A DNA stretch of 64,000 bases from Camelus ferus (lineage: Eukaryota). A model generated the notes under the pieces. It was not told where the DNA came from. It ran no database searches and saw only the letters and a list, made by a program, of their open reading frames with translations. Position numbers and translations under genes: made by a program. The stretch lies in assembly GCF_009834535.1 (NCBI RefSeq), contig NC_045698.1, forward strand, positions 5,272,001 to 5,336,000, written 5' to 3'. Shown piece by piece: positions 51,861-64,000 of the stretch; within the stretch, counting starts at the first letter, position 1, and every line of letters starts with the position of its first letter.

Positions 51861-52354
51861 TACAGTTGGGATCCCCCTGCTGTCAAATAAGTTCTGGGTC
51901 AGCTTAGGACATCTGCATTCAGCCTGTCCGCTTGACGTTTTGACACAGGAAGCATGAGGAGAGGTCGTCAGCAAGAGGTGGAGTCCACCGCCCATTCTCA
52001 CATTCTGCTTCTCAGCATCGCCTGGTCAGGCACTCTGTCTCTGAGCGAGCAGAGCAGTGCTTCCTCTTGGACGGTGAGGCCGCATCCGTGATCTCTGCCC
52101 CTGCGGGGGACCGTGGGAGAAGTGGGGGTGGTGACATAGCACCATCTGAATGGAGAACCGTTCAGCAGCCCTGGTTCTTCTGGACCAGAGGGCTCCCCCA
52201 CCCGGCTTCTGTCCGCCATCAGAGGAGCCGATCTTCCCTTCAGAGTGAAGCCGTCAGCCGTATACTCTTGCACAAAGAGCAGAGTGTGCCCCACAGCAGA
52301 GACAGAGCTGTATTCTGCATGCTACCAGGCTGATGGGACCACCCTATTTGTTTA

Positions 52355-53070
52355 CTGTGTTGGAATATTCGTAACACAGTTTTAACCATTTTAAATTGTA
52401 CGGTGCAGTGTCATTACACACATTCACATTGTTCCGCAACCATCACCACCATTCATGTCCAGAACTTTCTTCATTTCAAACTGAAGCTCTGGACCCACTA
52501 AGCAACAAGCCCCCACCCCTACCTCTGTTCACCGTGCCGGTCTCTGTCTCCAAGGTGTGACTGCTCCGAGCACTTCACAGCAGTGGAGTCATACAGTATT
52601 TGTCCCTTTGTGTCTGGTTTATTTCACTCAATGTGACGTCTTCAGAGTCCACCCTTGTTACGGAGTGCGGCAGAATAGCACTTCTTTTAAAGACTGGGTA
52701 ACAGTCCAGTGTATGTAGACACGTAGTCTCTTTATCCATCCATCCGCTGTCAGGGGACATTTGGTTCGTTCCTACCTTTTGCCCACTGTGAATAATGCTG
52801 CTGTGAACACGGGTGCACAAATGTCTGTTTGAGTCCCTGCTTTCCGTTCTTTGGGGTAGATACCCAGCAATTGCTGAATCACATGGTAATTCTATGTTTC
52901 TTTTTTTTTGTGGAAACATGGTACTGTTTTCCAGAGTGGATGCACCATTTTGCTTTCCCACCAAGGTGCCTAATATTTCCAGTGTCTCCACATCCTCAGA
53001 AACATGTGTTTCTGTTTTTGTTTTTGTTTTTGTTTTAATAAAGCCTCTCCTCATGAGTGGGAATTGGTAG
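52355..53070 (-). mobile_element. Older L1 (L1MB-like) 3' end
   Basis: 'cacattcacattgttccgcaaccatcaccacc...gtggagtcatacagtatttgtcc...aataatgctgctgtgaacacgggtg'. Frameshifted ORF2-like translation in ORF 52575-53054. Confidence 0.85.
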
Positions 53071-53980
53071 TTATTTTTGTCTCACGGACCATCTTAAACC
53101 ATCTTCCAACAAATCATAAACAGCTTATCATGCTAGCAAAGCTGTCACGCACAAACTGGGGCTGTGTTTCTCTGCCCCAACCCCTCAAGGTTAGCTGAGC
53201 ACGTGCAGAACTCTAGGAACCTCACACCTGCCCCGCCAGCCTGTCCCTCCCACGAAGCGGCACTGTCCTTTCCTAAGTGCCCGTCGGGCCCCTCACCACC
53301 CGCTCTGTTCTGGCTCGTGGCTCTCTGCTGTCTTCTGCTCTGGCACTCATTTTCACTGTCAGCGGACGTCAGTTGGTGTCCTTATTTGTTTAATGCACCC
53401 CCCCCCCAACTAAACTCTGAACTTTAGGAAGACGTGCTGTATCTGCCCTCCCAGCAGGGGGTAAGAAACCCAGAATTTTTTCTTCAAATCAATAAAAACA
53501 GGATTTGACTCTTATGACTTTACTTCTTTTACTTAAGGGACTCTTATGTAAAATCATGTAATGATTCAAATAGAAGATCCCTATTTGATCTCAGAATTAT
53601 GACTGTGTAATGCACTGTCGGGATGAAGACCACATAAACCGGGGGGGGGGCCCCCGGGTGGGGAGGGTGGCCCCGACCCCAACCTCGACCCCGAGAGAAG
53701 AAAGGTGATCGGTAGGAGTGGACTAGAGTAGAAAAAGTGCACTGCATGACTTTGTCTTCTCCAATTTTAATTAGAAAAATTTAACATAAAAAAAATGTTT
53801 AATGGTGGGAAAGTTTAGAAAAATGTTTATGTATTCCCTACCCAGGGAAATGACATTTTTCTTACAAAAATATATAGAGAGAGTATAAAGATACTACACT
53901 TTTTTAATGGGAAAAACTACCATTACTTGCTTAACAAATATCAACTTGCAAATACTGCACCCATCTGTTCGTTCCCACAG

Positions 53981-54092
53981 CATCCTCTACGCGGACATTG
54001 TTGGGTTCACCCGGCTGGCCAGTGACTGCTCCCCGGGAGAACTAGTCCACATGCTGAATGAACTCTTTGGAAAATTCGATCAAATTGCAAAG
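53981..54092 (+). CDS. ADCY2: Adenylyl cyclase 2 coding exon (probably exon 6)
   Basis: Acceptor cccacag|C, donor AAG|gtgagt. 112 nt; completes the Ser codon (AG+C), then [37 protein letters not shown]. Contains the first catalytic Asp (YADIVGF motif). Confidence 0.97.
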
Positions 54093-54850
54093 GTGAGTAT
54101 TAGTGATGGCCTTCTATTTTATAGAAAATCTTGGCTTACTTTCTCTGTGGTCCCTTACCAATTTTTTACCTCTTCTTAAAAGCATCCTTTAGGAACGTTG
54201 TTTGTAAATTTGTTGGATTTATCTGCCATTGAACCCTGATAAGTCTCAAACCTACCTTGGGAATGAGAAATGCTGCAGCATATTATTAGCATACATTTTC
54301 ATCTATTTTTAAAACTTCCACTTATGTATAATTCAGCAGACAAATAATAAATACCTTCAACATGACGAGATTTGATTTGCATGTCTGCACTCTGCTGTTC
54401 TAAGGTTGTCTTTTTAGGCATTTTGATGTCAAGGAGTTGGAAACATGGTTTCCTCTCCAGTTAGAACCATCACATATTCATAGTGCTAAGCAACATCCTG
54501 GGAAAATCTCTAAAATAAGATACATAGCTTCTCCCTAAGCCCTTTATTTACTGTTGTGTCAGTTTTCTCCATTGACCCTTGCACCGCTTACACAGAAATG
54601 TAAGTTCAGTATCTGCCATTCATATGCTCATTTATGGGCAGTTCGCAGAGAGGGAATGATGGCAACTGACCTAAGACCACACGAGACCTTATTCTGGACA
54701 TATTTATTGGAACTGTTAGGGTTCTGGTGGGAACGTTGATACTCTTTTTCTTTTTTGCTAGCCCTCTGCTTCTGTCTTAGGAAACATCTCTGGTCAGCTT
54801 AATTTTGTTTTTGAATTATTCCCAACAAAAATACAAAAATACTTTATTAT

Positions 54851-54980
54851 GTTTTTATGCTTTTTTTTCTTTTCTTTCTTTCTTTTATTCTTTTCTTTAT
54901 TTTTTTTTTTAGCAGAGAAAGGTTTATTGCAGGACCAACCAAGCAAGAAGAATAGGCAGCTCATGCTCAAAAACCCCAAG
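54851..54980 (-). mobile_element. Polyadenylated LTR-like 3' fragment (putative retrocopy)
   Basis: Minus strand reads ...gagcatgagctgcctattcttcttgcttggttggtcctgcAATAAAcctttctctgct followed by an A-rich tail. Confidence 0.55.
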
Positions 54981-55567
54981 CATCTATTACGCTTATTATT
55001 AATATGCATTATTTACACGAGGAAGCGTTAGTTCTAAGTTTAATTCATCATGAGGTTTCACTCACTGTTAAACAATACAGAACATTCCAGCTGAGCCTTT
55101 TCAGGATAAATCTGGCTTGCAGGTGTTTGCAGAGTCACTCTTCGGTCAAGCTCCCCGTGAGGTGCATTATGCCCAGATGACCAGGACAGATCTCACTGGG
55201 GATTTTTAAAAGACCATTAAGAATACAGCCCTGTCTCCTTCCTTTACCAAACCGAAGGAAGAGGTTGAGTTTTGGGGATACTCATCTTTAGGGAAAAAAA
55301 CTTAAATAATGTCTTGAAAGTTTGAGTTAATAAAAGGTCATTTTTGTTGGACTGCCTGCTCACGTTAGGAAGAAGCATCCGCTTGGTCCATCCATTGTTG
55401 ATCTCTGGGAGCAGCATGCTTTGGATATCAGTTCATGGCTCATAATTCAAGACCGTGGAGTTGGAAGGCATCGTAAGCAAACAGATAGCTCAGTCCACCG
55501 AATGAATACTACATAAAGCACGACTTTAGGTTAAGGGACTCAGCATCATTACTCATTCACTGTCATT

Positions 55568-57162
55568 TTTTAACCACTTTAATGAAGTGTAATTGACATA
55601 GAAAAAGCTGGACGTATTTAATATATATACAACTTATTGAGCTTAGGGATATACCCATGAAACCATCACTACAATCTACACCATAAGCATATCTATCACC
55701 TACAAAAGTTTCCTTTTGCCCTTTTAATTATAATTATTATCATTATCATTTTGTGATTAAAACACTTAACATATGCTCTACCTTCTTAACCAAGGTTTAG
55801 GTCTACAGTGTAGTATTATTAACTACATACACCATGCTGTACATATAGCAGATCTCTAGGACTTATGCATCGTGCATAACTGATACTTCGTACCCTTGAC
55901 CAACACCTCCCCACTTTCCCTTCCCCAGACCTGGCCCCCACTACTCTACTCTCTGCTTCTGTGTTTGACCAGTTTAGATTCCTCAAAGTGGTACCATATA
56001 GTATTTGTCATTCTGTATCTGGATTATTTCGCTTAGCAAGTCAAATTCCACAGCCATTAAAAAGATCACACACTTTGACCAAATGAGATTTATCCCTGGG
56101 ATGCAAGTTGGGTAACATAGCAAATCGATGAATGACGTATACCATATTAACAGAATAAAAGATAAAAATCTTATGATCATCTCAATCAATAGATGCAGAA
56201 GGAGCATTTGACAAAGTTAAATGCCCTTTTATGATAAAAACTCTCAACTAATAAGGTATAGAAGGAACTTACATCAACACAATAAAACCATTTATGTAAA
56301 GTCCACAGTGAACATTATACTTACTGGGGAAAAACTGAAAACTTTCCCTCTAAAATTGGGAACAAGACAAGGATACCTGCACTCACCACTTCTGTTCAAC
56401 ATAGTACTCGAAGTCCTAGACAGAGCAATTAGGCAAGAAAAAGAAATGAAAACATTCAAATAAGAAGAGAAGGAGTACCATCATCTCTATTTTCAGATGA
56501 CATGACCTTATACATAGAAAACCCTAAAAAGTCCACAAAAATCTGTTAGAACAAATAATTAAATTCAGTAAAGTTGCAGAATACAAAGCCATCATACAAA
56601 AATTAATTGTGTTTCTACGAACACAGTTTCTATGAATGAAATCTCAAAAGGACATCAAGAAGACAATTCCATTTATGTTATCACCAAAAAGAATAAAATA
56701 CTTAAGAATAAAAACAGAAGAATTACTTATACAGTGAAAACTATAAAACATTGATGAAAGAAATCCAAAAAGACACAAATAAGTAGAAAGACAGTTCAAG
56801 TTCATGAGTTGTAAGAATTGATATCAATAAAATGTTCACAATGCCCAAAGCCACCTACAGATTCAATGCAATCCCTAAAAAAAAAACCTGTGCCAATCCT
56901 ATTTTTTACAGAAATAGAAAAAAATCCTAAAATGTATGCAGAACCCCAAGAGACTTCAAATATCCAAAGCAATTTTGAGCAAGGAGAACAAAGCTAGAGG
57001 CATCATGCTTCCTGATTTCAAAATATATTGCAAAGCTACAGCCATCAAAACAGCATGATACTGGTATTAAAAACAGACACATAGACTAATGGGACAGAAT
57101 AAGGAGACCAGAAATAAACCCATGCGTATGTAGTCAACTGATCTTTGCTAAGAGTGCCAAGA
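55568..57162. mobile_element. L1 (L1MA-like) with 5' inversion
   Basis: 55568-56037 is an L1 3' end on the minus strand; 56038-57162 is ORF2 RT region on the plus strand (e.g. [29 protein letters not shown]). TSD attcactgtcatt (55555-55567) / attcactattatt (57163-57175). Confidence 0.85.
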
Positions 57163-58222
57163 ATTCACTATTATTAATCTTCCTGTTTTCTAGACTCAGA
57201 ATGCATACTTAGGAAAGTGTGGGAGGGAAAGCCTTGTTAGTAAGCAGTCTTTTACCTTTTATAATGTAAACGTTGTTCTCAGGAATTACTACCACATCAC
57301 CTATAGTGCTGTGGACAAGCGTGAAAATCCAGAAGCTCTCTATGAGATGGAAAGAAGAACGCACAACCTTCAGTAAACCTAACACATACTAAAGAACAGA
57401 AAGCTCTTATGTTCATTTTATTATTTCAGATTTGTTCAATTTATGCACAAGCCTGTGTGCATGTTGAGGGAGAAAAGCTGTGTTTAGTACATCTTTGTAC
57501 TCTTTATTTTTAATGGCAGTGAAGAGTCTACAAGCTGGTTGAAAAGGTTAGAAATGGAAGTAGGATTGATGCACATGAATGAAGTTAACCTCAGGTTATA
57601 ATATAAATATAATCCAGCCAAAGAAAATAATGAGTTAGCCTAACTTTATATTCAAACGATGATTTAACCTGAGATCAGAATTGAGTTTTCACTTTCTTGG
57701 CGATGTTGAATGGCGGCTTATTACATTGTAGGGATGTTTGTCAGAAGCTTCATGTCTGCAGGTAAGAATGTGCTTCAGCTTTAAAAGAAATGAAGAAAAC
57801 TGCGACTGTGATGGGGAATGACATCAGATTCTAACTCCAGTTGAGTTCTGATGATCATTTCCTATCCTGCATCGAATGTTTGATTTCACTGTCAACATTT
57901 GGGGATGTTCGGATGAAAGAGACTGGTCCTATCTTCACGTGCCTCTGCAGTGTTCAGTGTACTCATCCCGGAACACTCTCTCAGCTTTCCTCTTCTGCTC
58001 ACTTCCCTTGCTCTCCCTGCTGTGGTAACTGGGCAAGCGGGCGAGGGTGGCCCAGTCTGGGTGGGTAATGAAAGGAAACTCAACTAGTTCTCCTTTCTCT
58101 CGCCCTACAGACCCTATTCCCTGGGACAGTGCCGGTGACACTGGCACGTGGTGGTATTTGGGAAACGGGGATCATTATGTAAGTGCTTAATGCACCTGGG
58201 ATTCTGTGATTTCTTCTTCCAG

Positions 58223-58350
58223 GAGAATGAATGCATGAGAATCAAGATTTTAGGAGACTGCTACTACTGTGTGTCCGGACTCCCTATCTCTCTCCCTAAC
58301 CACGCCAAGAACTGTGTGAAAATGGGACTGGACATGTGCGAAGCCATAAA
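58223..58350 (+). CDS. ADCY2: Adenylyl cyclase 2 coding exon (probably exon 7)
   Basis: Acceptor ttccag|GAG, donor AA|gtaagt. 128 nt: [42 protein letters not shown] + 2 nt. Contains the second catalytic Asp (ILGDCY motif). Confidence 0.97.
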
Positions 58351-59929
58351 GTAAGTGTGTTGCTTAGTTAGACCTTTGTTAACTGTTGAGTAAATTTTAG
58401 TTGTAGTTCTCACAACTATTTCTATTTTTCTGTCTACTGGCACTAACTACGCTATTATACATTTAAATATAAATGTGTGGAGACTCACTTACTGCATATG
58501 AGAACTCAGTCCAAAGTAAGACTTCTGTAAGTGTTTTATCTTGTTATTATTAGCCTTAGGTCACAGCAAAACTGAGTTAGAAACCTATGGGAAGGTTTCA
58601 TTTCATTCGTTTGTTTCAGAGGTGATTTTTTTTTTAAATTTAAATGTCTTCTTCCATCTTTAGGAAAAAGGCTGTACTCTTAGCATCTCTCTTGATTTCT
58701 GACAAGTAATAGGGCTACACACAAATTGTAAGAGCAAGTTTTTACCATCAGACTATAATTAATATCAAAATCCAGTCCAGAATTACTGCTTCTAGTCAAA
58801 CACGCTCAGCTCTGTGAATGCAGTTTCAGTCTACATCCATAATAGCTTTCTGCCTTGTATCTACGGTTTCTTTGATTTTAATTCTAGAGAAGATCTTGCT
58901 TACAAAGAATAATGTTGTCATTACAGTTGACAAGTAGAGAGGGTAAAAACGTGAGGAACAGTTCATTTTCACTGCTGGTACTATAATGCGTACTTCTTTA
59001 TGATACCTTCGTAGAAGCCAGGACATGCTTGGATAAAAGCTCATGTTTGTTGGTTGTGTGACTGAAAGATTTCAGCTTGGGGGTGGGGTTAATTGCCTAG
59101 TTTTGGTCAAGTGATTTTCCGCTACCCTCACATATTTTTGGTCTAAACAGGATACAAATTATGTGCTTGATCTTATAATTCCTTATCTCAGGGTTAGAAT
59201 AAATGAGACTTTAAGTGAGAAAGCAACAAATCCAGTTGACACTGTGTTTAGTCCTTGGTGTAAGTTGGTCGTGTGCTGAGATGGACTGAACGGTTGGTCG
59301 GTGGGTTTCCCAGTGCTGTCCCAGGAAGAATAACGAAGCCCCCAGCCTCAGGGGGGTCCTCAGACCTAAGCGTTTGTCACAGGCCACTGTGGGACAGATC
59401 AGGGAGTGGGAGGCAAATGAATAAAGAGGAATTGAAGAAAGAATCAAGAAGGGAGGGGTGGTCAGGGTGGCCTCAGCTTCTCAAAAGAAGTATTCCTGCT
59501 TCTTCCCATAAGTAAATAACTTGTCTTCTCTGAAACATAAAAAAAAGGCTTTTAAACTCTATTTCAGAATGAATTAACTGTTCACGGCACCATAGGTCTG
59601 GGTATAAGTGAATTCAATCAGTAGAACTAACAGATTTTCTCAAATTTATAACCCACCCTGGAGGCAGCCTCAGTGTTGGTTTCAACATGAGATGAAGTGG
59701 ATTCCACGAATGAGTTTGCTGAAAGGCAGGATTCTCTGCATCAGTAGCACTGGGTTAAGCTACCCACCCTTTTACTGAAGCGAAATGTCTGCTTTGGAAT
59801 CAGCTGTTTTCCGGTTGTGTTGCTTCTGTAAACCCAGCATGTTGAAGCGCCTTTAGGATAAGGACCCCTTACGTTCTGTCCCCTGGCACGTCATCAGGTC
59901 GTCCGTGGTATCTCTTGTTGTCGTTACGT

Positions 59930-60365
59930 TTTTTTTATGGTGGCGAAATATACATACCATAAATACTTCCCTTTGAACCGTTTTCACATGTACAATTTGA
60001 TGGCATTAAGCACATTCAAAATGTCATACCACCATCAGCAATGTCTGCTCTTCCAGAACCTTCTCATCATCCCAAACAGAAGCTCTACTCATTAAACAGC
60101 AAGTGCCCATCCCCTTCCTCTCAGCCCCTGGTAACTTCTGTTTGACTCTCTGCCTCTGCAAATGTGCCTGTTCTGATGGTCCATGTAAGTGGAATCGTAC
60201 GATATTTGTCCCTTTGTGTCGGGCTTGTTTCACTTGCTATGATGTTTTCGAGGCTCATTCATGCTGTGGTTTGTGTTCATACTTCATTCCTCCAAGTGAT
60301 GGAATCATACTCCGTTGTATGTATGTACCACCTTCTTTATCCATTTATGTTAGATGCATCGGTGG
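59930..60365 (-). mobile_element. Older L1 3' end
   Basis: 'ggcattaagcacattca...ttccagaaccttctcatcatcccaaacagaa...gtaagtggaatcgtacgatatttgtcc'. Confidence 0.8.
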
Positions 60366-61315
60366 TGTCTCATGTGTCCAGCATCTCAGTGATGCCAGCA
60401 GCGTTGAGCAAACTCCCAGAACTCTTTCTTATACCTGAACTGAAGCTTCAGATGTAATGGCCGTGTGTCCCAATCCTTGACCGGAGGCTTCTGCACCCGT
60501 TGTAGTATATCCCCTGTTCGGCTCATGCACAGTTGACAAGGTGATCAATAGTAGGGTGTCTTGCTGCACCTTCATTAAGAGAGAGCATCTCAGCGGATTT
60601 CAAACTTCTTTGTTCTCTCTCACATCCAGAGATGAGCAATTCCAGCCCCATTTATTCAGCCACAGATGAGCATGAATACAGGAAGTTTATTTTTTAAGCT
60701 GATGCAGAGAAAGCATGCACTTGGCACTTGGAATTTTTCCAGATTATCTCGGGTGTTTTGTAAGAACCAGCAACGTAGGTCCAGGAACCCTTGCCTGTGT
60801 TTGTCCCGCCATGTTGGGACCTCCACATTCACCCGCTGCCCCGTTCCCCGTTAGCTGAGTCAGCTCTGCAGAAGCACGTCTGTCTGTCCGTTGCCCTTTG
60901 GGAATATTCCCAACGCTTAGCGAGGCTTTTTTTTTTCTCCTGTCATGAAAGTGTAAACTGTCCTTAATCAAGGAAGGAATATTCAGGACTCTGGTTTGTA
61001 AGTGATTAAAGCTCCCCTTAAAACTAGGAAGGCTGGCTACTATTGTTGCAAGCTCTTAGCAGTTATTCCAACGTTTTTCTGTAGATCACAGGCTGCCATC
61101 TACGTGCGTTAAGTCATTTAATCAGTCAGTTCATCTGAACCTTTGATCAACTCATTTTTCTAAAAAAAGACACGAAGCACAAGGAGATTGTTTTAAAGAG
61201 TTGAATCATTAACCAGTCTATTCTGTCCCAACGGCCAGCTGTAGAGGGCTTTGTCGTCCCTTGTTATTCCCTCTTGGCTCTCCAATGATCATGTTTTGAT
61301 AAAAAGAATGCCATG

Positions 61316-61436
61316 GGTGGGGAGAGGGTATAGCTCACGGTAGAGCACATGCATAGCATGCACTGAGGTCCTGGGTTTGATCCCCGGTACCTTTGTTAAA
61401 TAAATAAATAAGCCTAATTACCCCCCCCAAAAAACA
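61316..61436 (+). mobile_element. tRNA-derived SINE (camelid Vic-1-like)
   Basis: ggggagagggtatagctcacggtagagcacatgcatagcatgcactgaggtcctgggtttgatcccc...taaataaataagcctaattacccc. TSD aatgccatg (61307-61315 / 61437-61445). Confidence 0.85.
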
Positions 61437-63198
61437 AATGCCATGTGGTTGGAACTGTTCTCTCTCAATGACATAAAATCTTAAGAACATAATAATGTTC
61501 TGCAACAGTTTTTTCAGGATCGTCATCTCCCAAAGACAGAAACACAGTAAATCCTTCAAAACTGACCTGGGTCAATTAATAAACTTGTATTAAGTGTCTG
61601 TGTTGCACCAGGTCCTGAATGAACCTGCTGATGGGTAGCCTGTGTCTGTGTCCTCTCGGGCTGACACTCTGAGAGCAGACGTGGACAGCAGCAGGGAGTG
61701 CTGACTGTACTCGGAGGGGTTGGAGCACGTAGGAGGGATGCCCACCTCAACCAGGAGGGAGAGACTGGAAAGCCTTCTTGGATGAGGTCATGCCTCAGTC
61801 ACGGATGGGAGAACCAGGCAAACTGGCCTGAGGCTCCAGGCCGGTCTGGGAAGGGAGGCTCAGGGGAGTGCGGCGCAGGGAGCGCGCGGTGTGAGCAGAA
61901 GCGCAGAGGGGAGGAGCAGGCAGTGCCCAGCAGGGCAGCGCTCACCGCGGGGGTTGGGGGGCAGGTGGGGGGGCAGCCCAGGTCTCCTGTGTTGTGTTGA
62001 TGCTCCTCTCGTGAGCAAGAATGAAGGGTCTGGACAATTTTCAAAGTGCCTCAACTAGAATCATTGTCTTTTTTATGGAGAAAAAAAAAAACAGAAAAGG
62101 AAGATAGGAAGGAAGGGATGCGAAGGGAAACAACCTTCTATGCCCATATTTCAGGAGCCCACTTATTTTTACATCATAGACCTGTTCTTTTTCTCAGTAG
62201 AATGCTCAGCTGGTGGCTCTTCATCATTTAGGCATGACTTGCATGCCTGTGTCATTCTGGGAAGTTCCAGGGTCGTTTTACTGCAACCCCGTCTCCTCGT
62301 GGGGAGCAGTCAGCATCACAGCTTTCCCCCACGCTTCCTCTGGGGGTGGTTCTCTCCATGTAACTAAGGACACTTTCCTGCACTCTTCTTTTACCATAAT
62401 ATTTTAATTGATAAATGCATCTATCTGCCAAAAACAAATAAGTGTTGCCAAGCATTGCCATTTTCCCTTAAAGGAAGTCCTTCATTTGTCTCTTTTAATG
62501 AATTGGTGACAGGGTCCCAAAGTCGCTTTTAAATGATTTTTAAAAATTAGTTTCTTTTGAATGATACCTTATGCATGATTAAAGCTTTTAAGAGCTTTTT
62601 ATTCTTCTCTTTTTTTTGTTAAAGAATGTGCACAATTGAAAAGCTTTAATCTCCTGGTTATTTTTTAACATTTTCCATTCAGGCTAAGTCATTATTAAGC
62701 TCACAAATAAGCTGTATTGTCCGTCACCAACAGAACGTATTCACTGGGGATGTAGGTCATGCTAAGCACTAGAATTGCAAGTGGCATCTAAGATTGTTTG
62801 TTGATGTACAAGGCAAGTAACAAATAAGGTTTCTCACAGTTCAAGACAGTACACACGGGTCCACTAGGAAAATTCCAAGGAGGTGTCAGCACGTGATCAG
62901 TGCTTGATATACGCTGGTTGAAAAACTAGAAGTTACGACCAAAATGCTGCGTCATGGCCACGGCCGGCCTGATGCCTTAGCAGGCGGAGCTTGGCACTCA
63001 TGGTTTAGACGGGTGGTAGCCAGAGAGGAAGGCCCCTCCTCTAGGCTCAGAGCAGGAATCCTCTGCCACGAGGGGAATTCATAACAGTATTTCCGACAGT
63101 CTGAGAAATTCTGAATAAGAAAATGCCTGGAAAATTGACCAAGAATTAACGGAAGAAGAGGCTATGCCTAGAGGGTGATGTGATTTCCTTCTCTTTAG

Positions 63199-63357
63199 GA
63201 AAGTGAGGGACGCCACCGGAGTTGACATCAACATGCGTGTGGGCGTGCATTCCGGGAATGTCCTCTGCGGCGTGATCGGTCTGCAGAAGTGGCAGTACGA
63301 CGTGTGGTCCCACGACGTCACCCTGGCCAATCACATGGAGGCCGGAGGGGTCCCTGG
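63199..63357 (+). CDS. ADCY2: Adenylyl cyclase 2 coding exon (probably exon 8)
   Basis: Acceptor ctttag|G, donor GG|gtaagg. 159 nt; completes the Lys codon (AA+G), then [52 protein letters not shown], a class III cyclase signature. Missed by the ORF track. Confidence 0.97.
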
Positions 63358-64000
63358 GTAAGGCGGGATGCTGGCTTTCTGGGTTAGGAATAATAGGCGG
63401 ACAGGTTAGTAACTGCTCAGGGCTTGGAAATCTCCCTTGCCTTGGTCAGCTAGCACCAGGGCACTCTTGCCCAGTGGACTCTTACATTAACCAGAGGAAC
63501 ATGAACTCTCAAGCCCCAGTTCCACCACCCCCATGACCCGTGGCCAGAGAATGTGGATATCAGATCATAATTACAGACTTTCACTTACTTGCATATTTAC
63601 GAATAGAGACCTCAGTTAAAGATGTTTCATAGTGCAGTGCAGAAATGGCATTTCTCTCTATTGCTGATAACCTCTGAAACCAGTTCTATTAAAATAAGCA
63701 GACTGTACCACCTGGATAGATGGAATCTTGATGCAGGTGCTATGATTTACAGAAGCATAAAAATAAGGGAAAAGAAAGAAAGCCCATTCTTTTGTACGGA
63801 TCTGCACACTTCCTAAAATGACTTTGGCATGCATTTCAAAAAAATACCCTCATACCCCCAAATTTGCTATGATCAGGTTTTATTTGCTGTAACTCGCCAT
63901 GTGGGTTTCTGCAAGTGCAGAGAAGCTCCCAATATTCGTAGCGAGTGACATCTGGGAGCATATTTCCAACGCAGTGGCTAAGAGACTGTAAGCCTTAATT

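Noticed and set aside
56221..56463. Possible reverse transcriptase gene
   Set aside because: Short decayed L1 ORF2 fragment with stops and frameshifts on both sides.
63079..63334. Antisense ORFs over the last exon
   Set aside because: Shadow frames of the GC3-rich ADCY2 exon on the + strand.
1..64000. The many 60-180 aa ORFs in the six-frame track
   Set aside because: Apart from those overlapping ADCY2 exons or L1 ORF2 remnants, they show no recognisable domains or splice-consistent structure and lie in repeats or GC-rich patches. They are chance ORFs.

Overview
This is mammalian genomic DNA, most likely camelid, judged from two tRNA-derived SINEs and the L1 3'-UTR types. It lies entirely inside the adenylyl cyclase 2 gene (ADCY2, + strand). 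Four GT-AG coding exons (47753-47901, 53981-54092, 58223-58350, 63199-63357) splice in frame and encode most of the first catalytic (C1a) domain, including both metal-binding aspartates. Positions 1-47752 are the 3' part of one very large intron filled with ordinary eutherian repeats (L1, L2, MIR, MaLR/ERVL/ERV1 LTRs, MER20, MER58B, a Tigger2 derivative) and microsatellites. Almost all ORFs in the supplied track are spurious. I see no prokaryote-type or clearly new gene system. The best leads are: an intronic CpG island apparently generated by AT->GC substitution inside a MER58B transposon; a three-tier nested insertion that includes a tail-to-tail L1 hairpin; a twin-primed (5'-inverted) L1; a polyadenylated LTR-like retrocopy; a tailless L1 ORF2 fragment; and some palindromes. 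Repeat family names come from recalled consensus sequences and their boundaries are approximate.
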